A DNA stretch of 64,000 bases, taken from positions 78,127,741-78,191,740 of the forward strand of contig CM041465.1 in NCBI GenBank assembly GCA_023213395.1, written 5' to 3'. The notes under the pieces were generated by a model, which ran no database searches, was not told the DNA's origin, and saw only the letters and a list, made by a program, of their open reading frames with translations. Numbering within the stretch: position 1 is the first letter of the stretch; the number at the start of each line of letters is the position of its first letter. Of this stretch, positions 40,913-54,389 are shown in pieces. The position numbers and the translations under genes are program-made. The stretch comes from Cycas panzhihuaensis. Taxonomy: Eukaryota; Plantae; Cycadophyta.

Positions 40913-43900
40913 TCTTACCTCAACTTCATCCACCATTTCAATTTGATCTCTTGTATTAATTAGATTAGATCCTCTGCATTCAAAATTCCTTACGAATAAC
41001 CCCTTCCTTTATCAACATTATTCCTCCAATACTTGGTCATATAATCTCTTAATTAATTAACATAAGAGGGGCATTTTCTATTCCCCAACCCTTAAATGCC
41101 ATCCTTCATTTAGATTATTTTAAGAATGATAAAGTAATCCTTGAATATTTTGCAGGATCCTCTCTTAGTTTACCTCTTAATCATTATAAATTAGGATTTG
41201 CTAAATGTATTCATTTAAATTTATCTTCAATGACTTGTGATCATCAACCATTCCCTCCTTCTTTACCTCTTGATCTAGACCCTTCCTATTTTGAAGAAGG
41301 AAATACCATGTTTATTGAGGATACCATTGACATTAATATTGGAACCTAAGAAGAACCCAAAATAATCAAAGTAAGTGTTAGTTGTTCACATTATAAAATT
41401 AAGCAACTATGCAATCTCTTTATCAAAATTTCTTCTATTTTTGCATGAGACTATTATGACATGAAAGGCCAATAACTTTGGGTTATGGTTTATAACATTA
41501 CAAACTTATCTACTGCAAAGACCAAACATTAGAAAGAAAGACCTATTCACACATGCCTATCTACTTCCATTAAATAAGAAGTTGAAAAATTTCTTAAGGT
41601 AGGCTTTGTTGAGTCAATTGATTACTCATAATGGATTTCTAATATCATCCCTATTATAAAAAAGAATGATTCCATTAGAATATATATTGATTTTTATGGC
41701 ATTAATGATTCTTACCCTAAAGACAAAATTTCACTTCCTTTTATAAACTAAATTTGGGACCAAACTATTGGATTTGAATTAATGTCTGTTATGGATGGTT
41801 TATTAGGTTATAATCAAATCCTCATTTCCCCTGACGATCATCATAAGACTGCTTTTACCACTCCTTAAGGAACTTTCATATATAAATTTATGCCCTTCAT
41901 TTTTAAAAATGTTAGAGACAACTACCAATGAGCTATGGCCTTTATCTTTCATGATCTCCTTAGACGCAGCATTGCTACTTATCTTGATGATATGCTAGCC
42001 TTATCTTACCATTGAAAGGATCATGTCCATGACCTTGGAAAAAATTTAAGTAAGATGAAAAACACCAATTTTGTTTGAATCCTAATAAGTATGTCTCCAT
42101 AGTCACCTCTAAGAAATGTTAGGTAACATTATTTTTAGAGATGGTATTACAGTTAATCCCAATAAAGTAACCACTATTGTAGATATGCCACCTTCCTAGA
42201 CTCAAAAGTAAGTTAAATCCTTCTTTGCTAGACTTGGTTTCTTAAGGCATTGTATAATAGACTTACTTTAAATGCAAAACCCTTAAATAAATCTCCTTAA
42301 GAAAGATGTTCTTATCAAGTGGACTTCATCCACTCAAGAGTCTCTTGATAAGTTGAAACGAGTCCTTATTTTAACCCTTGTTCTTGTCCCTTCCCATTTT
42401 GACAAGGCATTCATTCTTTATATCTTATCCATTGAAGAATCCTTAGGCACCATGTTGGCTCAAGAAGATGAATTTGTGAAAGAACGCATGATCTACTTTA
42501 TTAGTCACACCTTAGTAGTAGTTGAACTCAATTACTCTCCTTTTAAAAAAGAATATTTATCTTTAGTTTATGCTATTAAGAAATCTTTCCACTACTTATT
42601 AGGAAATACCACTCTTGTCATGGCCCAAATAGACCCAATTTATCTACTACTCACTAAAGTTGATTTAACAGGATGAGCTAGTAAATTGGCCCTTCTCCTC
42701 CAAAAGTTTGACCTAAGGGTAGTGAACCATAAATCCAAGAAAGGTATGGTTATTATTGAATAACTTACTATAGCACTATTACCCAACCATAATTTTGCAA
42801 GCATAAATGATTCTCTTCTAGATGAGCATATTTTACAAGTTGGTATTACCCCTATAGATGATGATTGGTATAAAGGCATTCATGCTTATCTTAATGATCA
42901 ATCATATCCTCCTAATGTTGACTTAAAGAAATAGAAAAAAGTAAGATCCTCTACATGTAAACACTTTCTTCTTCATAACATATTATATAAATGCTCCTTT
43001 CAAGGCATCCTACTAAGATGCCTCTTATCCATGGTGGTCAATAAAAAACTCTCTAAATCTTGTGGATGGGCTATTATTGGCCATCTTTATTCACAGATTC
43101 TCATGCATATATACAAAAATATGAGAAATACTAAGCACATTCCTCTTTAATTCATTAACCACCCACTTCACTAAGATCAATCCTTTCTCCTTGGCCTTTT
43201 TCACAATGGAAGATTGATCTCATATGATAGGTTTACCATCTATCATTTGTAGGTTACAAGTTTATCCTAATTACTATTGAGTACTTTATTAAATGGAGTG
43301 GAGTAAGTCCTTTAATCCATATCACTAGTCAAGTAATTACTACCTTTATCTTTCAACATATCATTTACCATTTCAAGATCCTTGATGTCATCATTACAGA
43401 TAATAGATCTTTATTTTGTAATACTCAAGTCAATGAACTTTGTGATAAATTTCACATTATACATAGGATGTCATCCCCTTATTTCCCCCAAGTTAATGGC
43501 CATATTGAAGCCTTCAACAAAACCTTAACTAGAATCTTACCCAAATCAATTGTCAACTCTTAATGAGATTGACATACTCAACTTTATCCTATCCTATGGG
43601 ATTATAATACTTTAATCATAACTACTATCAGAATGACTCCTTTTTCACTAATATATGACACTAAAATTGTGCTTCCTTTGGAAACAAAAATCCTCTCATT
43701 AAGAATCTCTCTTAAGCACTTTACTGATGAATGGTTAAGAAAAGCAAGACTTTTGGAGCTAGAAAAGATAGAGAAAGCTCATCTCAATACTTATTAATAG
43801 AATATAGCTTCTAAACATTGTGCTCAAGTAGCCCATGTTGCCATCTCAAATCTAAGAAGTTTTGAGTAAGGGATAAAGTCCTTAAGCACGAATATTTACA

Positions 43901-45489
43901 TGAAAAGCAATAGTAATTTGACTCCAAATGGCTTAGCCCTTACCTAGTTATTAAAGATCTAAATAATAGACATTACTACCTTTTCATATCCTTGATGCAC
44001 TCAAATTCTAGAAGCTAGTAAATACATAATTCCTAAGGAAATACTACACTTAAGCCCCGCTTTGCAAATAGTATAAACTATGACTCCAAAAATATTATCT
44101 GCTAATGAGTCTAAATTATAGTAAAATGTATATATTCCCCTCCAAGTTTTGAACTTGGAGGGTGTGGATCTGAAAAGAGGGTAAATTGCCCATGTTTTAT
44201 AACTTTTCTCCTTTATTACCTATGCATACTTTCAAACATCACTCATTACAAACCCTGTAAAATAGAAACATAAGCTTTGGTAAGATAAGTTTGATAAACT
44301 TAGGAGTTGAGAGAAAGCACTAAAAAAGATAGACCCACATGAGATGATCTTAGGCTAAGGAGGACCTTAGTAGGGGGCAAATTCCTCAAAGCCTCTTATC
44401 CAAATAAATAGCCGAGTAAGAATCCTACTTACTCAAGAGACTAGTTGCCTATTAAGCAGGTTCATCTACTTAGGATCATCTACTCACATATTAAGTAACT
44501 ACTTTCTTTCAAAAAATACCATGTGAATGCTAATCATCCAAGTTTTCCTTGTGTTGATCAATATTCATATGATCTTTCTTAAGTATATTATCTAGGTTAT
44601 ATAAGGTATTTCTTTTAGGAGGAACCTATGTAACTTTGATTTTCTACTCTCACAAGCTTGATATTATTTGATTTCTTTGAGTAATCTCAGATTTAGAGGA
44701 ATGGAATCATTAATGTTTCCTAACTATTTTCTTTTAATCTTAAGACTACCTTCTTATCCCAACACTTCTTTTATTTCTTTGTTAGGGTTCCTCAATAATA
44801 AATTGCTTAAGGCTAATATCTCTCCCCTTAGATATGCTTTGATCAAAGATCCTATACACACCTATGGTTCATCTCTCAAGGATATGATCTTAATCTTCTC
44901 CCTATGTATATCTCTTAAGACCTTAATTCTCCATGGTTTGGTTAATTATGACCATACTTTCCTAAGTCTTAATCACATTCATCCACTACATCTTAAAGAA
45001 GATCACATGATGATCGTAATTATATATTTTCATAACAGGCATGAGAGTGGATGAGATGAGTTACCTAGAAAGTGAGTGCAATGATGCCTGGTTCACCATG
45101 ACCCTCATCTGAACTATTATGTGGAATAATTCTCATCCTTAAAAAAAGGTGGATATATTATACATGATTGTTAGCACACTCTAGGTATGTAGGGTAAGTT
45201 GCATGTTGACTTTGTCCCCACCAGCATCATGCAATTAGCATATGGTACTTTGTGTCATATAAGAGCTTTAGATCTAGTTTTCTAGATCCATCATGGTCTC
45301 AATTATGAAAAAAATCTATTTGAAATATGGAAGGCTATACCATAACTTAGGAAAAAGGCGGTTCTCATGATGAAACCAATCCATGAAGTCCCTATTTATA
45401 TTAAGACTAAGTCACACCCTTGATAAGTTGATTCTCACACCTTCCCCTTATTTGTTAATTTGTCTCTAAGCTCATGGCATTTTTCTATT

Positions 45490-45895
45490 ATGGCCTTGAA
45501 CATTTACATCAATGGTAGGAGCTATGAGAACCCTAGAATTATTGCCTCGACATGGGTTATTCATAATCATAAGGGAATTATTATCATTCAGTGCTAGTTT
45601 CTTTATTCCTTGAGCAACCCATAATCAAACTAAATACCTCACTATTATTGAAGCCCTTTTAGATGTCCTTATTTTTTATGATGGACTGGTCAACTTATTC
45701 TCAAACTCTTAGATCTTAGTTTTCCAACTTACTCAAGTATACCAAATACATTCTACTCACCTGCATTCCTTATTTAGTGAGAAAATCATCCTATTATCTT
45801 ATTTCCTAAATGTTTCCATTTAACATATTCTAAGAACCCAAAATATTGAAATTGACTTTCTTATATCCTATATGATCAAACATTGTCATCAATGA
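45490..45895 (+). pseudogene. Additional archaeal-type RNase H (aRH) downstream of integrase in F
   Basis: Reads IYINGRSYENP..ASTWVI..ATHNQTKY..NS*ILVFQL..Y..HILRTQNIEIDFL. These are decayed DGASRGNP / ATNNQAEY / DSQLVV.Q / HIPR..N..AD.L motifs. Confidence 0.82.
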
Positions 45896-45954
45896 ACTTG
45901 ATTTGGGAGAAATCTTAAGCCAAAGTATATTATATATATAACCCATTCCTACCT

Positions 45955-46320
45955 CTACAATGAGGTTAAACTACAACTTTGAATGTATACCTACTAAAGA
46001 GTATAAACTATAGTAGTCTTTTCCTTTGAACCCTCATAATCTTATCTCTTGAGATTTGATATCATCACTAAAGAGGTAAAACTATGGTGACCTTTCCTCT
46101 AAAAATTAATGGTTGATGAGGATAAACTATGATAGGTTCCTTCTGCTTCAACAATCCATTTGTTAAAGAGCCTAAACTATGATAATTATGCTCTAAAACG
46201 TTACATACTAGTGAGCCTAAACTATGGCTGTATTTTCCTCTAAAAATTAACTATTAAAGAGGCTAAACTATGACAAGTCCTCTATACATTAACCATTAAT
46301 GAGGTAAAACTATGATAGAC
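45955..46320 (+). repeat. Spaced GAG-nn-AAACTATG repeats in the 3' UTR of F
   Basis: About 8 copies of gag(n2-3)aaactatg at ~40-75 bp spacing. Confidence 0.75.
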
Positions 46321-47079
46321 ACTTCTCTATTTATATACTTTTTTTTTACATCAAGTTTTAAAACACCCAAAATAAAAAAAATCAAACATATGAAAAATAA
46401 AAAAGTTTAAGACATAGATAGATAGATATTAGTTATTAGAATGCAATTAGTTATAACCATCTTATCTAAGATACTTATCTCATTCAACCATTACCATGTT
46501 CCTTTATGTTTTAACAACTCAACAAATGACTTAGGTAGCCCAAGTTTCAGATAACTTGGAATTTACAAGGTTAGCAACATTCACCATCCTACTTTAATAC
46601 CACTCATGGAGCTTTCCTTGCCAAGGGAGTAAATGTTTCAAGTAACTATGACCCTTCTCAGTAAATGGGCAGGTCTCTTGCATTCTCTTTATTATTAGGG
46701 TTTGACTGATTGACTGCATGGTACTATAGAAGCTACTTGGCATTCTAATTACTAGAAATCATGCCAATTATGCTTGTGCTTGACTATTTTATGGATGATT
46801 AAAAGATCTTAATGGTATCTAATCAATAAAATACCCATTTAGAAGTGCTCTTAATTCATTTATGTATTTAACTTAGTTGGTGATTTTATGATATTATCTC
46901 CCCTTTGTTTGCCAATTTTTTTTTGCTTAATTAACTTAAATCAATCATTAATATTTTTTTTTATCTTTTAAAATTTTAAAATTTGTTTAAAATTTTTATT
47001 TTTTTTAGGCTCATGCCTTCACGTGGTTTTCACTCATAGTTTCATTCATATACTCACCATATATAGGATTGTTTTGCTC

Positions 47080-47485
47080 TTAGATGCTTCTTCCTCTTTT
47101 TTAGGGTTTAGATGCTCCCTCTTCCTCTTTTTGTGGGTTTACATGTCTCTTCCTCTTTTTGAGGGCTTAGATGTTTTTCCATTTTTTTTAGAGCTTAGAT
47201 ACTTCTTCTTCCTTTTCTTTAGCTTAGATGCTTTTTCATTTTTTTTAGAGCTTAGATACTTCTTCTTCATTTTCTTTAGGTTAGATGCTTCTTCTTCTTA
47301 TTTTTGAGGGCTTATATGCTTCTTCCTCTTTTTGAGGGCTTAGATGCTTCTTCTTCCACTTTTTGAAGGTTTAGATGCTTCTTATTCCTCTTTTTTAGCT
47401 CTTAGATGCTTCTTCTTCATTTTTTCTTAGCTTAAATGCTTCTTCTTCTTCTTTTTGAGGGCTTGGATGTTTCTTCTTTTTTTCT
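47080..47485 (+). repeat. ~29-bp tandem repeat in the F 3' LTR
   Basis: Same unit, with about twice as many copies as in the 5' LTR. Confidence 0.85.
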
Positions 47486-48478
47486 TTAGTGCATGATTTT
47501 GAGAGAGAAAAGTCTCTTAAAGCATGTGACAAAAGGGTGATTTGCTGAAATAGATGGATAATAGGTTTGAGTAACCTCCATTGGAACCAAGTTTCTATTT
47601 TCTTTTATAGGTTTTATCTTGAAATTCAAGCTTAAAGAATATATTGGAAGAGAAATTAGAAGATTTAGCTAGTATTTATGGAGATTTCAAGCAAGTGGAG
47701 CCCTTTCTTCAAGCTCACTTGTGTTTCTATTATTTCCAACTAGTTTCTAGAAGGTAAAGCTTAAGTCTTCTCCTTTCCTTCTTCTATTTTCTTCCTCTCT
47801 ACCTCCTCTTTTCTCATAATTTCCCCTTCCTTTCTTCAACTAGGCTACTCTCTTTCACCTCCCTCCATTCTCTTTTTATTACTTCTACTAATTGATTTGA
47901 TAGAGCAATTTGAAAGTAACTCTTAGGGTAAGGATACTGATCTAAGGCATTCTCTCTTTTTACTTACAAAGGTTATTTGGTGAGATTATTTACTCTTATT
48001 TTATCTTTTTAGTTTACTTTTAAAAAAATAAAAGATAAGGAAAAAAAGAAGATGTTACATGCATGTTACATTTAGTTCTTTTTGAGTTCATTGCTTTTGA
48101 ACTCTTCTATTATCCTTAAGGAATTTAGATACTTTTCATTGGTTCAAATATACTACTATTTGTTCTCATAATACCTTTTAAGAATCTATTTTCTCTATTT
48201 CATCATTTCTTCAATGCAATAGAGGTTTTGGGAATTCCTTATTATAGTCTTAGAAAGGCCTGACCTTGTGTATTGAGAACTCTCCTTGGGTGTCAATATT
48301 CTTTTGGCCTATATTGTAATAACAAAGACAAGTATAAAAAGATTTTCCAAGTAACTTTCTCTATTTCTCTTTTATATATTTTTATGAAAAAAAAGAAAAT
48401 AAAGTAGTTTTATAAGCTAGGTTAACCTTAAGAACAACAAAAGAACCCTCTGATTTCTCTAGGTACTATTTTGTTATC

Positions 48479-50049
<1,571 letters not shown>

Positions 50050-50869
50050 GTTTATATTAGGTTTGTATTAGCTTCATATTTTCTTGGTTGATGTTTTATG
50101 TTTGGATTGCTTATTCATATAACATAAAGTGTATATAGTTATGCATTTAGGATTACCTACTTTTTAGTCCCCTAGGATAGGTCCATTTCATTTAGATAGG
50201 ACTTTGTTAATTAAGTAGGTAGTTATGACCTTAGCATATCGACCTTATCCTTCCTTTAGAAGTAAATACATCCCATTGTGAGAAAGTTTTTAATTGAACA
50301 AGCCTTCATCTCCCTGGTATATTAGACTCCCCCTCCTTTGGGATTCATTTCACTTTGATTCATATTCCTAATACTAAAAGTGACAGTCCAATATCATATT
50401 TTGGGTTGAGAGTGGCTTCCTTCTTCTTTTTCACCTCTAAGTATAGGAATCCACTAGAGTCTAATGTGGTCATCCATATACCATCCATCCTTATGGGTGG
50501 ATCATCGTCAGGTGTGTGAGACCCCAATGGCTAACCCTTAATAGGGTCATTAATCTAGGGTCTAATCTCTCATAGATCCTTGTGCTTTTCAGTCCTCTTA
50601 TTCCTTAGTATAGTTTGTCATAGTTTATTCCTTTTGAGTGAGATAGAGGTTTAAGTTAAGATCCCTTTTTTTACATCAAACTTAGAAAGGGTAGGAGAAT
50701 AAGAGACCTTAGGATATTGATTAGGGAAAGATTTCCCTTAATATGGCCCTTGCTAGTCAAGGGACTAATTGTTCTTCTTCCCAACAAAAAGGAGATCCTA
50801 TTATTTTGGTTATTTATATTTCTTTTTTCCTAGCTTAGGACCTTTTCTAGTTTGGTTTCTTTCCTCTTG

Positions 50870-51385
50870 GTTATAACCAACTAAAACTAGGTTACAACCA
50901 AGTGAGACTAAGGTTGTAACCAACTATAACTAGGTTACAACCAAGTAAGACCAAGGTTGTAACCAATTATAACCAAGTTACAACCAAGTAAGACCAAGTG
51001 TAATTGGATTGCAATCAACTACAACTAGGTTGTAATCAAGTACAACCAAGTTGTAACCAACTACAAATGAGTTGCAACCAAGTATAACTAAGTTACAACC
51101 AACTATAACTAAACAAAAACTAGGTTACAACTAAGTGCAACTAAGGTACAACCAACTACAACTGGGTTGTAACTAGGTTGCAACCAATTATAATTAGGAT
51201 ACAACCAAGTAAGACTAAGTGCAACTAGGTTGCAACCACCTACACCTAGGTTGCAACTAAATAAAACTAAGTACAATTAGGTTGCAACCAACTACAACCA
51301 GGTTGTGACCAATTGTAACTAGGTTGGAACCAAGTACAATTAAGTGAGTCCAAATTGTATTTAACTACAACCAAGTTGTAACTAA
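50870..51385 (+). repeat. 9-10-bp tandem repeat in the F 3' LTR
   Basis: Counterpart of 34420-34925. Confidence 0.88.
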
Positions 51386-51545
51386 CCTTAATCTAATTAA
51401 ACTACCTTATATATTCATCCAACACACCTTGAGATATCATCTGTATTTCCTTAAATAGAGTTGAAAGTCCTAGTTAGGCCTAGTTATTTTTAAAACTCTC
51501 ACTCTTAAGTCAACGTAGTCAACTAGGTTTCCCAACCTCAAAATA

Positions 51546-52400
51546 ATCACTACATTCTTGATTGGGTATCTAAGCCCTTAAATATAATAATGTACTCTAT
51601 GAATAAATGGTATATCTAATGTCATATTGAACAAGCTTTCTATTCTTCTACTATGTTATCTAACTCCTATTTTTGCCTTATGTACCTTATTTTTGTGAGT
51701 GTAATCTTGACTTATTTTAGTTGAGTATTGCTTGTCCTTTAAGCTTTTCATTTTGTACCATATTTTAATTGGTTCTTTTAACTCTACTTTTTCCTTAATA
51801 TAAATTGTTATCCACCAAATTTATGTATCACATTTAAGTATAATATGTACTAGTGATATCTTATTCTTTTCACTAACATTAAAAGCCATAAAGTAGTTTT
51901 GTACAGTCTAAACCAAAGACTCATATCTTGTGGAGTCCCCTTACCATTGAAGTTTTAAATTTTTCTATTGTATTTACCATTTTTTACCTATTCTTGGTTT
52001 TATAATGAGTTGATCATCTTAAAAAATAGGTGGTGGACTTTGTCTCTTAAAAGGTTATAGTTCATTTTCTACATGAGTTGATGCCCCTTTCTTAGGAGTT
52101 GGTTGTTCTTTTGATAGTTCTAACTTATTAGAAGGATCCTTAATTGACCCCTTAAAAAACATAATTAAGGCATTAACTTCTTTATTATAATACTCAAGGT
52201 TAGAGATCTTGGCTTCAAGTTTGATAATCTTTTATTGCATTTTGTGTGTTAATATTAATTATTCATTAAAGAGCTCTTATAGAGATTTAAGTTTGTTTAC
52301 CTATTATGGTTCTTTTATTACCAATTGGGATGAAGCCTTAGAGGCTATCTTTTCTCTAGATGGGGACTTAGGCTTTTTATGATCTTTGCCTTTGATATCA
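51546..52400 (-). pseudogene. Gag N-terminal part of A (Retrotrans_gag-like)
   Basis: FNGKGTPQD...VQNYFMAFNVSEKNKISLVHIILKCDT*IWW at ~51810-51955, with a frameshift. Confidence 0.65.
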
Positions 52401-52469
52401 TCACATTATCTAGTAGAAGCTCTAATTAATGGTTCCTCAATTAGATTTATTATTTTTCTTAAATATCAC

Positions 52470-53405
52470 TATCATGAACTAATCCCTTCCTAGGGACTTC
52501 TCCCTTACTATTCTATAAATTAAGGCAAAAGTCAAAGTTAGTTTAGATTGATCAATTTATTTTAGGAAGGGTAAATTCATAAGTTTAGTTAAAAATGAGA
52601 GTTCCATATGATATAACCTACTATGAGGAACTTCCATATGCATTACCCCTAGTTTAAGGCTAGAATTGTGCTTTAGCATAGCCTCTCTTTGTACTGCCCT
52701 TTGTGTGAGGTGGTGCTTTGATAGACCAAATGTAGAAATAGTGTCAAGGCCTTATTTTTATATGCTAATGAAATATGAATAATCTATAATTATTTTTTTT
52801 CGTGTCTTGGAATTATTTTATGGCATTACTGAATTGATGGGTTTTAAATCATAGTTTTATAATTCCTTTTAACATATTAAAGAATTTTAATAAATTGAAT
52901 GGCAATTCTAACTTCACTCTAATCATAGTGAAGACACTTATATAATGTAGTTTTATTTTGAGAAAATATAATGGTACTTGTTTCCTATTTACTAAATATA
53001 CCTTGTTGGTAGATAACTAATTATCTAATGTTGAAGACCTTTTCTTAAGGATGTCTTTCACCTCTTAATCTATCAAGTGAGTGTGGTCCACTAATGTAAA
53101 ATTAATTATTTGTTTAGACCACTTACTATGAGAGTTATCCATGTATCATTTAGGTCACCCTACTCTTTGGTGATATAATGCTTACTTTTTTGTTTCATCC
53201 CAAGAGGGTTACACCCATTCATGGCAACCAATGCCTATAAAACCTCTTAATGACAAATGCATATGGCTAAGTCCTCTTAAGAACTTAATATACTTAGGAA
53301 TTTAAGAACTTAATACACTTAGACTTCCATTTCTATGAATTAGAGTAGTTAGGTCCATATCATGGTTTGTATATTTAAGTGTTAAGGGTTTGATTTTGAT
53401 TATAT
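52470..53405 (-). repeat. 5' LTR of A (U5-side part; interrupted by element I)
   Basis: Aligns with ~6965-7850. Homology stops abruptly at ~53405. Confidence 0.7.
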
Positions 53406-54389
53406 GTGATTTCAGGATGTGTCTTTTCCAATTATTTACTCATACATAGAAATGATAATGGAAAATAGATAGGAAGTATAACATTTATATTGATATTAGA
53501 AATTGATGATAAAAAATGAAGTACACCAAAGAGCACCGAATAAACACAAATAAATCTAAAGAGTACTAAAGTATAATTCTTTCAATAAAAAATAATTATA
53601 CAATAACTTTTCTTCTATAATTTGTAACCCTTAAATAGATACGAGAGGGCCTTTTCTATATAAACCTATTAATAGGATAAATGACCTTTCATTTCATTAA
53701 TGGATTTAATATCCAACCCACAAAAGTCAATAGCAAATGCTTAAGTTCCTAGTGCCTTAATCATGAGTGCTAGTATCTTAGTTCTACTAACTACATATGG
53801 TCATATAACAAGTCTTCTATGGTGGGCCCAATTTTCAAATAATAAATAGAGATAGTATTTCCAATAGATAATGGTAATATTCATAATAGATATCAAGCAA
53901 TTATAGTAGTAAATATTTATAAAGTATTATATAGTAGATATAATTCAACTATCCATACAATACCACATTCATACATTGATAAATTAGAGTAGAGATGAAA
54001 TGAAAATAGATTAACAATAAAACTTTGGTATAAAAATCTAGTAATTTGCAACCCTCTTTGAGATGGAAGCAATCCTCCAATAGGCATGGGGCCTTAACGG
54101 CATGAAGCCATTACCCTAAATATAATAAAAATTCTCTAAGATGTTTTACAATTAGTAAAGGATTATCTTTTTTTTTTTTAGTAAGGTAAAATACATTAAG
54201 TATGGGTTTGAAAGATAGACTCCCGTAACCTAGTACATCAATAATGATTTAACATCCAAAACATGAAGGACTGTGACAACCCCCACGGTCTAAGGAAGAG
54301 AACTGGATAAAGATGCAAGGACAAGCCCCATGGCTAGTTATCCCTGCTGTAAGACTTAACCAATTTCATAACCTCCTCAAGTAAATCCT

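Larger units (their letters stand above)
36290..44050 (+). pseudogene. Degenerate gag-pol of F (interrupted by G)
   Basis: Gag MMRLFPKTLQGDALKWFY at ~36425-36480; protease remnant ~37720-38080; RT SVMDGLLGYNQI..HKTAFTTP*G and YLDD at ~41780-41995; RNase H ORF 42353-42676; integrase PWPFSQW at ~43190 and SSPYFPQVNGHIEAFNK at ~43470-43520. Confidence 0.9.

Noticed and set aside
45955-46320. CRISPR-like repeat-spacer array
   Set aside because: The repeats are short and degenerate, the spacers resemble one another, no cas genes are present, and the context is a plant retrotransposon UTR.
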